A DNA stretch of 64,000 nucleotides, taken from Eledone cirrhosa. Taxonomy: Eukaryota. Below the pieces are notes generated by a model. That model did no database searches. It had not been told where the DNA came from and was given only the letters and a program-made list of their open reading frames with translations. Location: positions 24,552,001 through 24,616,000 of the forward strand of contig OZ024747.1 in assembly GCA_964016885.1 (NCBI GenBank). The letters run 5' to 3'. This document shows, in pieces, positions 23,910 to 35,644 of this stretch. Position 1 is the stretch's first letter. Each line of letters starts with the position of its first letter. The translations under genes and the position numbers were made by a program.

Positions 23910-24925
23910 TGGCGGAGGTGATGGTGGTGGTGGTGGTGGTGGTGGGGTGGAGCAGTGGTGGCAATACTGGAGGTGGTGGTGGTGGTGGTGGTGGTGGTGG
24001 GGTGGAGCAGTGGTGGCAATACTGGAGGTGGTGGTGGTGGTGGTGGTGGTGGTGGTGGTGGTGGTGGTGGGGTGGAGCAGTGGTGGCAATACTGGAGGTG
24101 GTGGTGGTGGTGGTGGTGGTGGTGGTGGTGGAGGTGGTGGTGGTGGTGGTGGTGGAGCAGTGGTGGCAATACTGAAGGTGGTGGTGGTGGTGGGATGGAG
24201 CAGTGGTGGCAATACTGGAGGTGGTGGTGGTGGTGGTGGTGGTGGTGGGGTGGAGCAGTGGTGGCAATACTGGAGGTGGTGGTGGTGGTGGTGGGGTGGA
24301 GCAGTGGTGGCAATACTGGAGGTGGTGGTGGTGGTGATGGTGGCAATACTGGAGGTGGTGGTGGTGGTGGTGGTGGTGGTGGTGGTGGTGGTGGTGGGGT
24401 GGAGCAGTGGTGGCAATACTGGAGGTGGTGGTGGTGGTGGTGGTGGTGGTGGTGGTGGTGGTGGCAATACTGGAGGTGGTGGTGGTGGTGGTGGTGGTGG
24501 TGGTGGTGGTGGTGGTGGTGGTGGTGGTGGGGTGGGGTGGAGCAGTGGTGGCAATACTGGAGGTGGTGGTGGTGGTGGTGGTGGGATGGAGCAGTGGTGG
24601 CAATACTGGAGGTGGTGGTGGTGGTGGTGGTGGTGGTGGTGGTGATGGTGGCAATACTGGAGGTGGTGGTGGTGGTGGTGGTGGTGGTGGTGGGGTGGAG
24701 CAGTGGTGGCAATACTGGAGGTGGTGGTGGTGGTGGTGGTGGTGGTGGTGGTGATGGGGTGGAGCAGTGGTGGTAATACTGGAGGTGGTGGTGGTGGTGG
24801 TGGTGGGGGGGTGGAGCAGTGGTGGCAATACTGGAGGTGGTGGTGGTGGTGGTGGTGGTGGTGGCAATACTGGAGGTGGTGGTGGTGGTGGTGGTGGTGG
24901 CAATACTGGTGGTGGTGGTGGTGAT
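23910..24925. repeat. G-rich array: constant ggggtggagcagtggtggcaatactgga separated by variable (GGT)n
   Basis: About 19 gcaatactgga-type cores. Confidence 0.9.
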
Positions 24926-25569
24926 TATTGCGATGGTGTTTACTATATACATCACATATACACACAATATATACAACACACATACACACACAGTATATAC
25001 AACACGCATACACACAAAATATACAACTCACACAGACACATTATTTTCAACATACAGTATATCAACACTAACACACACACAATATACTGCTCACCCACAC
25101 ATACATAATATACAACACTGACGCACACACGATATATACAGCACACACTCACATACTCTACATAACACCAACCCACACACTATACATACAACACACATAC
25201 ATACACATACTCTATATAACACTAACATAAAACACATGCTATATACAAAATAGATGCACAGACACACACACATATTATATTAAGGGAACATACATGACAT
25301 GTTTGTCGTTGTTACCATAGCAACCAAAGGTTACTCCCCCTCTCCCTGCTACGTATCTCCAGTTAATTTGGTGTCAGTCGAAATTTCAGTTGTTCATCTT
25401 GTTTTATTATGAGAATAATTTTCATTCATATATATATAGAGAGATAGATAGATATAAATACATACATATGTGTGTGTATATGTATATATATATATATATA
25501 TACATATGTGTATGTGTTTATATATTTGTTGTTATGCTCATAATGTGTGTATATATATATATATATACA

Positions 25570-25905
25570 GAAGGCACATGGCTTAGTGGTTAGAGCATTG
25601 GCCTTGCAATCGAAAGGTTGTGAGTTCAATTCTCAGACTGGGTGATGTGTTGTTTCCTTGAGCAAGACACTTTATTTTACATTGCTTCAGTTTACTCAGC
25701 TGTAGAAATGAGATGATAGGGACTGAGGTCCTTATCATTCCACTGCAAAGTGGTTGTGAAGGTGCCACGGCAAAAAAGCACCCAGCACTCACTGTAAATG
25801 AGGTTGGTGTTAGGAAGGGCATCCAGCTGTAGAAATCAAGCCAGTATCAGTTCCCGTCCCACCCTTGCAAGCAAGGAAAAGCGGACGTAAAATGATGATG
25901 ATGAT
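25570..25905 (+). mobile_element. Full-length family B SINE (tRNA head, central core, RTE-derived tail)
   Basis: tggcttagtggttagagc, gagttcaattc, ccttgagcaagacactt, tail cccgtcccacccttgcaagcaaggaaaagcggacgtaaaat(gat)n. Confidence 0.9.
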
Positions 25906-25915
25906 ACAATATATA

Positions 25916-26490
25916 TCATCATCATCACTGTTTAACGTCCATTTTTCCATGCTAGCATGGGTTAGACGAGTTGCCCTGTTGTAAGACAAGTCATATCAGG
26001 TGACCATGTCTTGCTCATACAGAACTGGTTCTGGCTTGGTTTCTACAGCTAGATGCCTTTCGTAATGCCAACCACTTTACAGTGAGGGCTGGGCACTTTT
26101 TGTTGTGACACCTATACAACAACTTTACCTTGTGGGCTGGGTACTTTTTGTCGTGGCCCTAAAATGACCACATTAGTGCATGAGGATTGGGAAGGTAGAT
26201 CTAGGGACTTGGGTAAGGGGTGCATACTAGATGTATGTTTCAACCTGTGTACATGGGAAGGCTGGTCTTCTGTATTACTGCATAACACCAAAGATCTCGG
26301 TCCTGTGTCATCACCTTTGAAAAGTGCAATTGTGCAAGGTCATCCCAAGTCTTCCTAGGTCTTCCTACTCCACAGCTTTCATCAACTTCGAACGCTCTGA
26401 ACTTTTTTATAAAGCTGTCATCCTTCATACATATCATATGTCCATACCAATGCAATCTCCACTCCTGCACACTGCATCTGATCCCTCATA
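25916..26490 (-). mobile_element. RTE LINE 3' fragment
   Basis: RLHWYGHMICMKDDS...GRPRKTW plus shared tail. Confidence 0.8.
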
Positions 26491-26626
26491 TGCAGGAGAA
26501 AGTTGTACCTATTCTAAACTGAACATACAGAAATGTATATATATAAAACCAAGATATACAGGTCGCCACATGTATGGCGTCACGTCATCAGTAAATGTTT
26601 GTTGTTATTTACCTATAAATCTACAA

Positions 26627-26678
<52 letters not shown>

Positions 26679-26739
26679 AAATATATATATATATATATGT
26701 GTGTTGTGTGTGTGTGTGTAAATATATATATATATATGT

Positions 26740-27330
26740 GCATAAAATGTATGAGAGATTATCGAGATTTATGGTTAATCTTTATCTGAAGAAGATTTAC
26801 ATCACAATTGGGGAAATACCAGCTATTTATATACACAGACTTGGTGGAGCATGACCAGATGAGTTACTCGTATAGAAAACCAGGTAGTGTCATTGTAGCA
26901 TCATTGTCAACTGCTAAAAGGATAAAGGAAACACGCTAGAGAGGCATCAGATTAGGCTATGATAAGTACAGAAAGAGTGAGAGTAGTAATGCCATCTTTC
27001 TAGCGAGACAACTGCAAGAGAAGTACTTTGCTAAGTATAACCCCCTATACATTCCTGAACCCTGAAAATACCTTTGACAGTATCACACACGCTGTAATCT
27101 GGTGAGCACTTAGGAAGCTAGGGATAGATGAATGACTTATGAGAGCTGAACAAGCTCTATGCACAGTGGTATAGTTAGCAAGGTGAGGGTTATCTCCTAT
27201 TTATTATAGTCCCCCAGGCCATAACAGAGGAATTCAAGACTTAATATCCATGGGAACTCATGTATGCTGATGATCTAGCCCTCATAGCAGAAACTGTAAA
27301 AGAACTAAAGCAGAAGATCCAGACATAAGG
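26740..27330 (+). pseudogene. Decayed RTE reverse transcriptase core
   Basis: AIFLARQLQEKYFAK and PWELMYADDLALIAET motifs. Confidence 0.8.
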
Positions 27331-28560
27331 CTTTTAATGATACAACGTGAAATGAAATGTTGTGCACAAGAACACTGCATACTGCTCAGTCCTGGAATAA
27401 AACCCATGACTTATAATCGCAAGCTGCCACACAGTGGGAGTGAACTAGAGGCCTTGTGGTTGTGATGAGGAACTCCTTAACCCCACAAGTATTTCTTTAC
27501 TGAAAGGAGTCATGTTTTTGTCCATTTAGATCCGGAAATGAAACCTACAACCTTATAATTGTAAGGTGCTCCACAGTGGGAGTGAACCTGAAAGCTGTCC
27601 TTTGAAATCAATGTAATTCTGTCTGTTGATCTCACATGTGTAGAAGTTACCTAACCCCTCACCCTCTCTCTACACCTTCCTCTTAGTACACACAACAGTT
27701 AGTGAGAGAGTTTATAACCATACACACAACACACACATACACACACACACAAAATATATTACTATCTTGGGAGACAGCAGCTGATGCTTTGGTAGACACA
27801 CAGACATACATACACACATACATACATGCACAAATGCCCATACAGTAAATATACAGAAACATATGCATACACATTAAAGATATGGTTACGTCACCCTGGT
27901 CACACACACACACATACAAATATACATACATACACAAGTACATATATGCATATAGAAACACACATCATGACCAGCATCTCCCTGGTCAGACATACACACA
28001 TCTCCTGTGATTATACCACCCTAGTTATATATGACCTACTTGCTACCATATCTAGCAACACACCTTCCTACACATATCCAGGTTGGGGAGGGGCCTTCAC
28101 TCCTCTTTTAACCCTAGAAACGCACATAGCCATCTACATGCTAGATGTACACATCATGCCTGACATGCACACACACACACACATACATATATACATACAC
28201 ATACACATACATACATATATACATACATACACAAACATACATACACACACACATACATACACACATACACAGGTATGATTCACATATAACAAAGAAATCC
28301 CACACCTGCCCACCCCCACAGATATGATCCACATGTAACAAAGACACCTCATATCTACCCCCATCCCCACCCCACAGGTAGGATCCACATGTAACAAAGA
28401 CACCCAACACACACACACACATACATACATACATGTATGATCCACATATAACAGAGACACCCCATACCTGACACACACGCACACACAGGTATGATCCACA
28501 TATATTAGAGATACCTAACACACACACACACACACACAGACATATACACCAACATTCATC

Positions 28561-30090
28561 ATGGCCTTACTCAGAACAGGCAGTATAAATGTACATAGCA
28601 TAGGGTCACCTTACAAGCAAGCCCACCCGCTGAACGACATCAGGTAACTAATTACAGATATGATATCTATCAGTGAGACCAGAATTTTAAAAACACAAGC
28701 CTTCACACCCATCTTTGGTGACTATTAGTTGTCTCAGGATCATGAGGTGGAATTGCTGTGTTGTTTTGGCAAGGTGTAGATCTCATGACATGAACCCTCT
28801 TCCTTGATCCAGAAGGTAAGTCAGTGGTGTTTTACATGACCAACAGAGAAAGGCACACCTTCAGACTAGTAGCCTGTATGACAGCAGCATTTCTTTCAGT
28901 TGTCTAGAGAACTTTCTAGGATCATCCCACTTTTTAGTATCAGAGGGAGACTGGAGAAGTATCTTGAATGTACACTGTAAATGTGAGGGGCTAGCAGATA
29001 GGATAGGTGGAGTGCAAAAAGCCTTGCAAACTTGTTTAGTCATTTCCCAGTGATGACAAGTACTGACTAGAGTTCCTGAATGTGCCGTTATTAAAATGCA
29101 TTAGGTCATTCCTGGCATGTAAAGTTTACATAGACTGGATTAACTGACTAGTTAAGTGGGTGTTAACAGGATCAATTGGCAACAATAAATGGATGGTGGT
29201 TTACCCTTTTCAGAGGAGAACTTTTCAGAGGAGAATTTTTAGAGAACTAATAAAATTTCATATGGGAGTAATGATTGAGAAAACTAGATTAGAGGGGGAG
29301 CTAGTTAGAAACTTAGAATTGGCAGAGTCACAGCATAGAAACAAAGCTGCAATTGAGTCTTTGACAGACCACGATTAGCATATGTTATCTGTTCCCAAAC
29401 AGATGTATGTAGCCTTTACTCAATTTTTAGGGCAAGTTGTGAGCTAGATCAGAGAATGGGTTTCGATGTCTACCTCAATGTCCTGCTACAACTCTCAGCA
29501 ACAAAGACGGAATGTTGTGAAATACCGATAATAGCCACTGAAATGTGAGAGGTGGTGGCTGGGTGCACAAGGAGCAAATCACCTGGCTTATATGGACAGA
29601 TTTATCTGTCTGGTGGCCATGGCAAAAGAAGCTGTGTGGTGGATAAGATTAAAAGGACTAAAGACAGACACTTTCCTCTTTTACCAAGAACTCATAGACT
29701 TTTTCAAACTTCACTTGAAAAGTAAACTGAGAGTGGCGAGGGAGGTGTTTGCTGTCTTTCAGCAAATTTGTTGAAAGTTGATTGAGAATGGTGAGCATGG
29801 TTCAAGTGAATGGTCCTGCTCTGAGTATGTACCTGTAAACTGGAGGAGAATAACTAGGAGAAGGCACTTGCCTTAGTGGTCATAGTGGCTGTTGGGTTTT
29901 TTGTGAGTTTTTCCATAGGTAACCCCTGGAAGTCTTCCTCTGTTGGAGAATTTTCTGTTTCATTTCTTTTTTTGGTCTTTGTTATTTCCTTTTTTTATAC
30001 ATTTTCATACATGAAAATGTATAAAAACCAACAACACTGTATCATATTGTATTGTCCTTAATGTGCTTCTGGGTTAATAAAATATAATAC
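28561..30090 (+). mobile_element. Heavily deleted L1/Tx1-like LINE
   Basis: AP-endonuclease start MALLRTGSINVHS..ISETRI, LDPEGK, GDW; C-terminal WWIRLKGLK segment; aataaa near 30077. Confidence 0.65.
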
Positions 30091-30879
30091 CAGTTAAGCA
30101 CTGAGGTTGATATAGTTGACTTATCCCTCCTTCTGAATTACCAGCCTATCTCCAAGCTGCTCTGATTGTAAATACCACTGCTATACAAGTCTACATTATA
30201 TTTTATAAGTCTCTCCCATGAAAATTGGACTTTTCATTGTTAACATTGAAAGATGAAGGTCTAAAAACTGTTAATGTCTCTCCCTTTAGAGGAGGCACAC
30301 TTAGTGTCCATTGCTGTCTGCAGTCAGCCAACAGTGAAAAACATTTTTAATAAAAATATCAAGAAATTTGACATTTGAAGTTGGGTGGCAGTGTGAGGTA
30401 GCCATAACACTTGTAGTAACAGTAATGTCAAAGAGAGAGGGGTGGTGTAAGGTAGACACAATAAATATGGAAGCAGTAATGCTAAAGATATCGTCATCTT
30501 AGAAAATGTTGCTTGTCAAAGAGATAAAGTGACTTTATCATCAGAAGAGGGAGTTGTTTTGTTTTAAATATCGTCATAAGTGTTGAAATTTTGACAACAA
30601 TAGTGTTATAGAAGTGTGGTGGGGAAATAGCACCACTAACAACAACAGTAGCAGAAATAATACCAACAACAACAACAAACGACTACCACCACCTCTAAAA
30701 TTCAAATGCAGTTATGTCCCATCCATAACCACTAAGAACAACAACAGAAACAACAACAACAATGACAACAACTATAAACTCCCACCACCACCACTGCTAA
30801 CAACAACAGCAGCAGCAGCAGAAACAAAAAACAAGAAGGAAATAATGCAATTGGAGTTGGAATAAATGGAATTTGCAGT

Positions 30880-31385
30880 GGATGAGGTTGTTCTGAAAAC
30901 ATAGCCAGAATAAGAACTGGATAGAAAAAGTTCGGAGAGTTACTACTTCTGTTAGTAATGAAGGAATTCTTTCTCTATATATCTCTCTCTCTTTCTTTAC
31001 TTCTTTCTTCCTCACTGGAGAAACCTCCTATGAGATGCAACCTTGTAATAGGCCAGCTAAACCTGATTAGGTGTAAGCTGTAAATTTCATGTTTTCACCT
31101 TATCGAAAGGTAACTCTCACTGAACAATAGGTAGGTGTTATGATGCCTATGTACAAAAGATATTGCTGGGTATTGAAACATGGGCATTGAATTCAGAAGC
31201 TGTGCAAAGGTTAGAAGGAAATGAGGTTAGCATGTTCTACTGGATATGTAATGTTACTCTGTACATGAACAACAAAGCACAGGAGTTGAGAGAAAAATTA
31301 TGTATAAGAGGAATCAAATGTAGTATGTGAGAGAACAGATTATGCTGGTATGGACACGTGATGTGTATGGATGATGAATGCTAGA
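30880..31385 (+). pseudogene. Decayed RTE RT/C-terminal fragment
   Basis: ARIRTG, FGELL, ETWALN, LCWYGHVM motifs. Confidence 0.7.
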
Positions 31386-31635
31386 GAGAAGAAATGAGAA
31401 AAAGGAACAATATGAGTTGATCACCTACAAGAATGAGCCCTGCTAGTTGGACTGATTCTTTCAGCACATCTCCTTCACTTTTCTCTGTGGTAATTCTGTC
31501 TACCACCACACTGCATTCTGTTGGGATCATGAGGCAATCACCATAAGGTTTTGCACTTCAAAAAGAATGAGTTAACAAAAGAAAGTTTCAACCTTTCATT
31601 ACTTTATTCATCTGTTACCATTTGTCACCTATATA

Positions 31636-31818
31636 TAGTATAAACAAAGTTTCATACATGTGTGTGTGACCATGGTTTTCGGGGTCCAGTTGTGACCACC
31701 ACTGTATATTGGAGGAGGCAATTTTAAACTGACCCTCAATATACTGTGGTGGCCATAACTGGACCCCAAAACCAAGTCACACATACATGTTAAAATGTAT
31801 GAAACTTTGTTTTTACTA
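31636..31818. repeat. Long imperfect inverted repeat (foldback/MITE-like)
   Basis: aaacaaagtttcataca..ggggtccagtt..ccac..gtatattg / caatatac..gtgg..aactggacccc..tgtatgaaactttgttt. Confidence 0.75.
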
Positions 31819-31896
31819 AATAAGCTCTCTTGAGCACTATTTTCTTTGATCTTTCATCTATGGATTCCTATACACACACACCCACATATATAATAA

Positions 31897-32108
31897 TGAT
31901 TTCTTATATAGGCACAAGGCCAGTAATTTGGGGGAGGAGAAAGTTGATTAAATTGATCCCAGTGCGTTACTGGTACTTTATTTTATCGACCCCGTAAGGA
32001 TGAAAGGCAAAGTTAACCTCGGCAGGATTTGAACTCAGTCCGTAAAGGGATGTAACTGTGCTGCAAAGCATGACGTCCGACCCTCTACCGATACTGCCAA
32101 TCCGCCAC
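31897..32108 (-). mobile_element. Family A SINE (long variant)
   Basis: Family A sequence with the extra ggggaggagaaagttgattaaattga segment. Confidence 0.85.
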
Positions 32109-32111
32109 CCT

Positions 32112-32164
<53 letters not shown>

Positions 32165-32165
<1 letters not shown>

Positions 32166-33058
32166 GAGCTAACAATCCTGATGTTGACAAAACTTTAACC
32201 CATCAGTGGTTGGCATCCTCTGGACTGAAATCGGAGACTGAAGGACTGATTATATAGGCACAAGATCAGTGTCTGCCAACAAAAAATTACCAAGCCAACA
32301 TAATAAAAAAATGGGTGCAGCCCATTATGCCGTGTATGCAAAAAACAACCAGAGACCATTGACCATATAATTTCAATGTGCAGTCCTATAGCTCCAACCG
32401 AATACCTAAACAGGCATGACAGAGCTGCACAATACATACATTGGATAATGTGTAAGCATTTTGACCTGCCCCATCAAAAGAATTGGTGGGAGCATCAACC
32501 ACCTCCCATACTTAAAAAAGATCACATCTCAATCTTGTGGAACTTTAGCATCCAAACAGACCGAAAAATAGATGCAAATAGACCTGATATAATATTGAAG
32601 GACTTTCAAAGGAGGGTATGCCTGCTAATTGATATGTCTGTTCCAATAGACAAGAATGTATCTATAAAAACATTTGAAAAATTGAGCAAGTATAAGGACC
32701 TGGAGATAGAAATTGGAAAAATGTGGAAATTGAGAACTAAAACAATACCAGTGGTTGTAGGCGCTCTGGGAATGATACCTAAGGGGTCTAACGACTACTT
32801 ATCGCAAATCCCAGGAAACCCGCGTATAGGAGAAATACAAAAGATAGTACTAATAGGAACTGCCCATATACTAAGGAAGATTCTGTCAATATAAGTACAT
32901 CACAAGTCTAAAAACCTAAAGATGCATGTGTGAGTATGTATGTTCTTTCTTGAACATGGCGGACCTTGTTGTCTCTTGAGGTCACTGGTTGTGACTTGGT
33001 GATAACTCGTATGAACATAAAGCAAGATAAATGCAAATGATAATAATAATAATAATAA
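32165..33058 (+). mobile_element. 5'-truncated R4/Dong-type LINE (restriction-like endonuclease) in a (TAA)n tract
   Basis: ETEGLII*AQDQ, CCHC knuckle CRVC..ETIDHIISMC, RHD, RPDII..IDMSVP..EKLSKY (PD-(D/E)xK); one stop and one frameshift; (AAT)n on both sides. Confidence 0.9.
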
Positions 33059-33094
33059 AAAGGACTAGGTGCTAGATCTTCATTACATTTATTG

Positions 33095-33185
33095 AGGTGT
33101 GAGGCGTGTTTCGCAATTGATCAGCTCAAGGCTCGATCTATATCGATCTGGCCAAACTCTGGAATCAAAGGCTCATCAGACATCT
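33095..33185 (-). ncRNA. Degenerate hammerhead-like motif with extended stem II
   Basis: Minus strand: agatgt CTGATGA [60-nt hairpin] GAAA cacgcc TC acacct. Confidence 0.45.
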
Positions 33186-33196
33186 GTTATGGTAAT

Positions 33197-33252
<56 letters not shown>

Positions 33253-33349
33253 ATTTTAATAAATATTTGCTCTACGGTTCTTATATATTTGATATATATT
33301 TATCCTTATCGAGCCCTCTTTGGATTTTAGTCTTCAAATTTATTATTAT

Positions 33350-33396
<47 letters not shown>

Positions 33397-33997
33397 TATC
33401 TTTCTCTTTTTTTATATAATGTATTCACACTCGTTTAACGTCCATTTTCCACACTAGCATGGGTATAACACTGCATAACAAATTATTTACACACTATTGG
33501 ATATAATTTCTTCTCTATATAGAAACATTTCTCTCTTTCAATTGTTATTCTTACTGTACAACACAAAATAAAAAGGGTCCTTAGGAGAGGGAAAGGTTGA
33601 GATCCCCTGATGTAGGCATACATATGTTATGCCATGGTTCAGGTGATTTCTGGCCAGGTACACTGTCATGTGACATCTCAATAACCTCAGATAGAATTTC
33701 ATTGGTCCATTCATTCACTCATTCAGTCAGTCAGTAATATTGATTTTTGTTCAAGCTTCTGTTGATGATGTGCGTATGTGTTTCTCTGTGTGTGTGTGTG
33801 TTCATGTGCCTGCATAACTGATGTGTATTTCCGTGTCTATATGTATGTGACTATGTGTGTGTGTGTGTATGTATGTGTCAATGTGTGTAAGTGTGCATGT
33901 ATATATATGTATATTTATTATTTCAGTGCCGCAGTATGTCAACTTTGAACATCCTTTTGAAGATCAAAATGTGTTTTTGCTTGTGGAATTTTCTGCG

Positions 33998-34465
33998 GAG
34001 TTCTAGAGTGTGAGTGAGAGTTCTAGAGTGTGAGTGAGAGTTCTAGAGTGTGGCTGTGAGTTCTAGAGTGTGGCTGTGAGTTCTAGAGTGTGGCTGTGAG
34101 TTCTAGAGTGTGGCTGTGAGTTCTAGAGTGTGGCTGTGAGTTCTAGAGTGTGACTGAGAGTTCTAGAGTGTGGCTGAGAGTTCTAGAGTGTGAGTGAGAG
34201 TTCTAGAGTGTGAGTGAGAGTTCTAGAGTGTGGCTGTGAGTTCTAGAGTGTGGCTGTGAGTTCTAGAGTGTGGCTGAGAGTTCTAGAGTGTGAGTGAGAG
34301 TTCTAGAGTGTGAGTGAAAGTTCTAGAGTGTGGCTGTGAGTTCTAGAGTGTGGCTGTGAGTTCTAGAGTGTGATTGAGAGTTCTAGAGTGTGACTGAGAG
34401 TTCTAGATTATTGTTAAGAGTTCTAGAGTGTTGTAAGGTTTTCTAGAGTGTGGCTGAGAGTTCCG
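33998..34465. repeat. 20-bp minisatellite, about 23 copies
   Basis: gagttctagagtgtggctgt. Confidence 0.95.
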
Positions 34466-35185
34466 AAGAGTTGTGAGGTGTTATGGAGAGATGTGGACTA
34501 TGGAGAGACCTAGAGAGTTCTATGGAGTTCTGGGTAGGTTTGGGGGAATTATGAGGTGTTGCAAGGTGTTGCAGAGAAGTGTGAACTGTGAAGAGATCTG
34601 GAGAGTTCTATGGAGGTCTGGGGAGTTGTGATGTGCTGGGGAGAGGTGTGGACTATGAAGAGATCTTAAGAATTCTATGGAGTTCTGTGGAGGTTTGAGG
34701 AGTTATGGAAAGGAGTGAACTGTAGAGAGATCTGAAGAGTTCTGTGTAGTTCAGTAGAAATCTGTGGAATTGTGAGGTATTTTATGGAGGTCTGGGGAGG
34801 TCCTAACTCTATAAATTATCCTGAATTCATTACATTGTTGTCGCATCAGGAGATTCCATTGTTAAATCTGATGGACTGCGGCTACTTAAAATATACTTTA
34901 AATTCTCACTCCTTCTATCCCTCTAACATTTTTCTCTCCATCTCTCTCTCTCTCTCTCTCTCTTTCTCTGTAATAGACACACATACACACATTTAAAGAG
35001 AAATGATCACAGACGCACAGGCACACCTATACCACATACCCATACATAAACAGACAGCCACAAACACAGTCACACACTTACACTATAGTATATATATATA
35101 TAACACTATACATATATATAAATATATAAAACACTATAATATATATAAATATATAAAACACTATAATATATATATATAGATAAAA

Positions 35186-35225
<40 letters not shown>

Positions 35226-35264
35226 TATATATATAACACTATTCATATATATATATATAACACA

Positions 35265-35311
<47 letters not shown>

Positions 35312-35644
35312 CAAACATATTGGAAATCAATAAAAGCCAAGCTGTCTGGAGATCAATCAATATGATCTGCCGCAGTGGCCATATTTTTGATCAGGAATTG
35401 GAAAGCTGCCATAATGAAGTCTCGTGTCTTTTCAGGAGTTGTTATAGAAAAACTAACTTTATTCACTTCATCGTCCATCTACTGAAATTAACCATTCACA
35501 CAAGCTACCTACATGTCAACAATATTGATGAAATATCAACTCTATTGAACAGTGATTGCTTCCTACTGACCTTACATCTCCCCCCACCCATCACACACAC
35601 ATACCATCCTCATTCACACCACACAATGTACCTCAACACACACA

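Noticed and set aside
23826-25031. Pro/His/Thr-rich or Gly-rich proteins
   Set aside because: The 28-bp core shifts frame repeatedly, giving mosaic translations typical of a non-coding repeat.
25570-25645. tRNA gene
   Set aside because: A and B boxes are present but the acceptor stem is not intact and the sequence continues into SINE core and tail.
33926-34006. Possible exon PQYVNFEHPFEDQNVFLLVEF after tttcag (and a donor-like caa/gtaagc near 47530)
   Set aside because: Too short, no homology recognised, and no consistent gene model.
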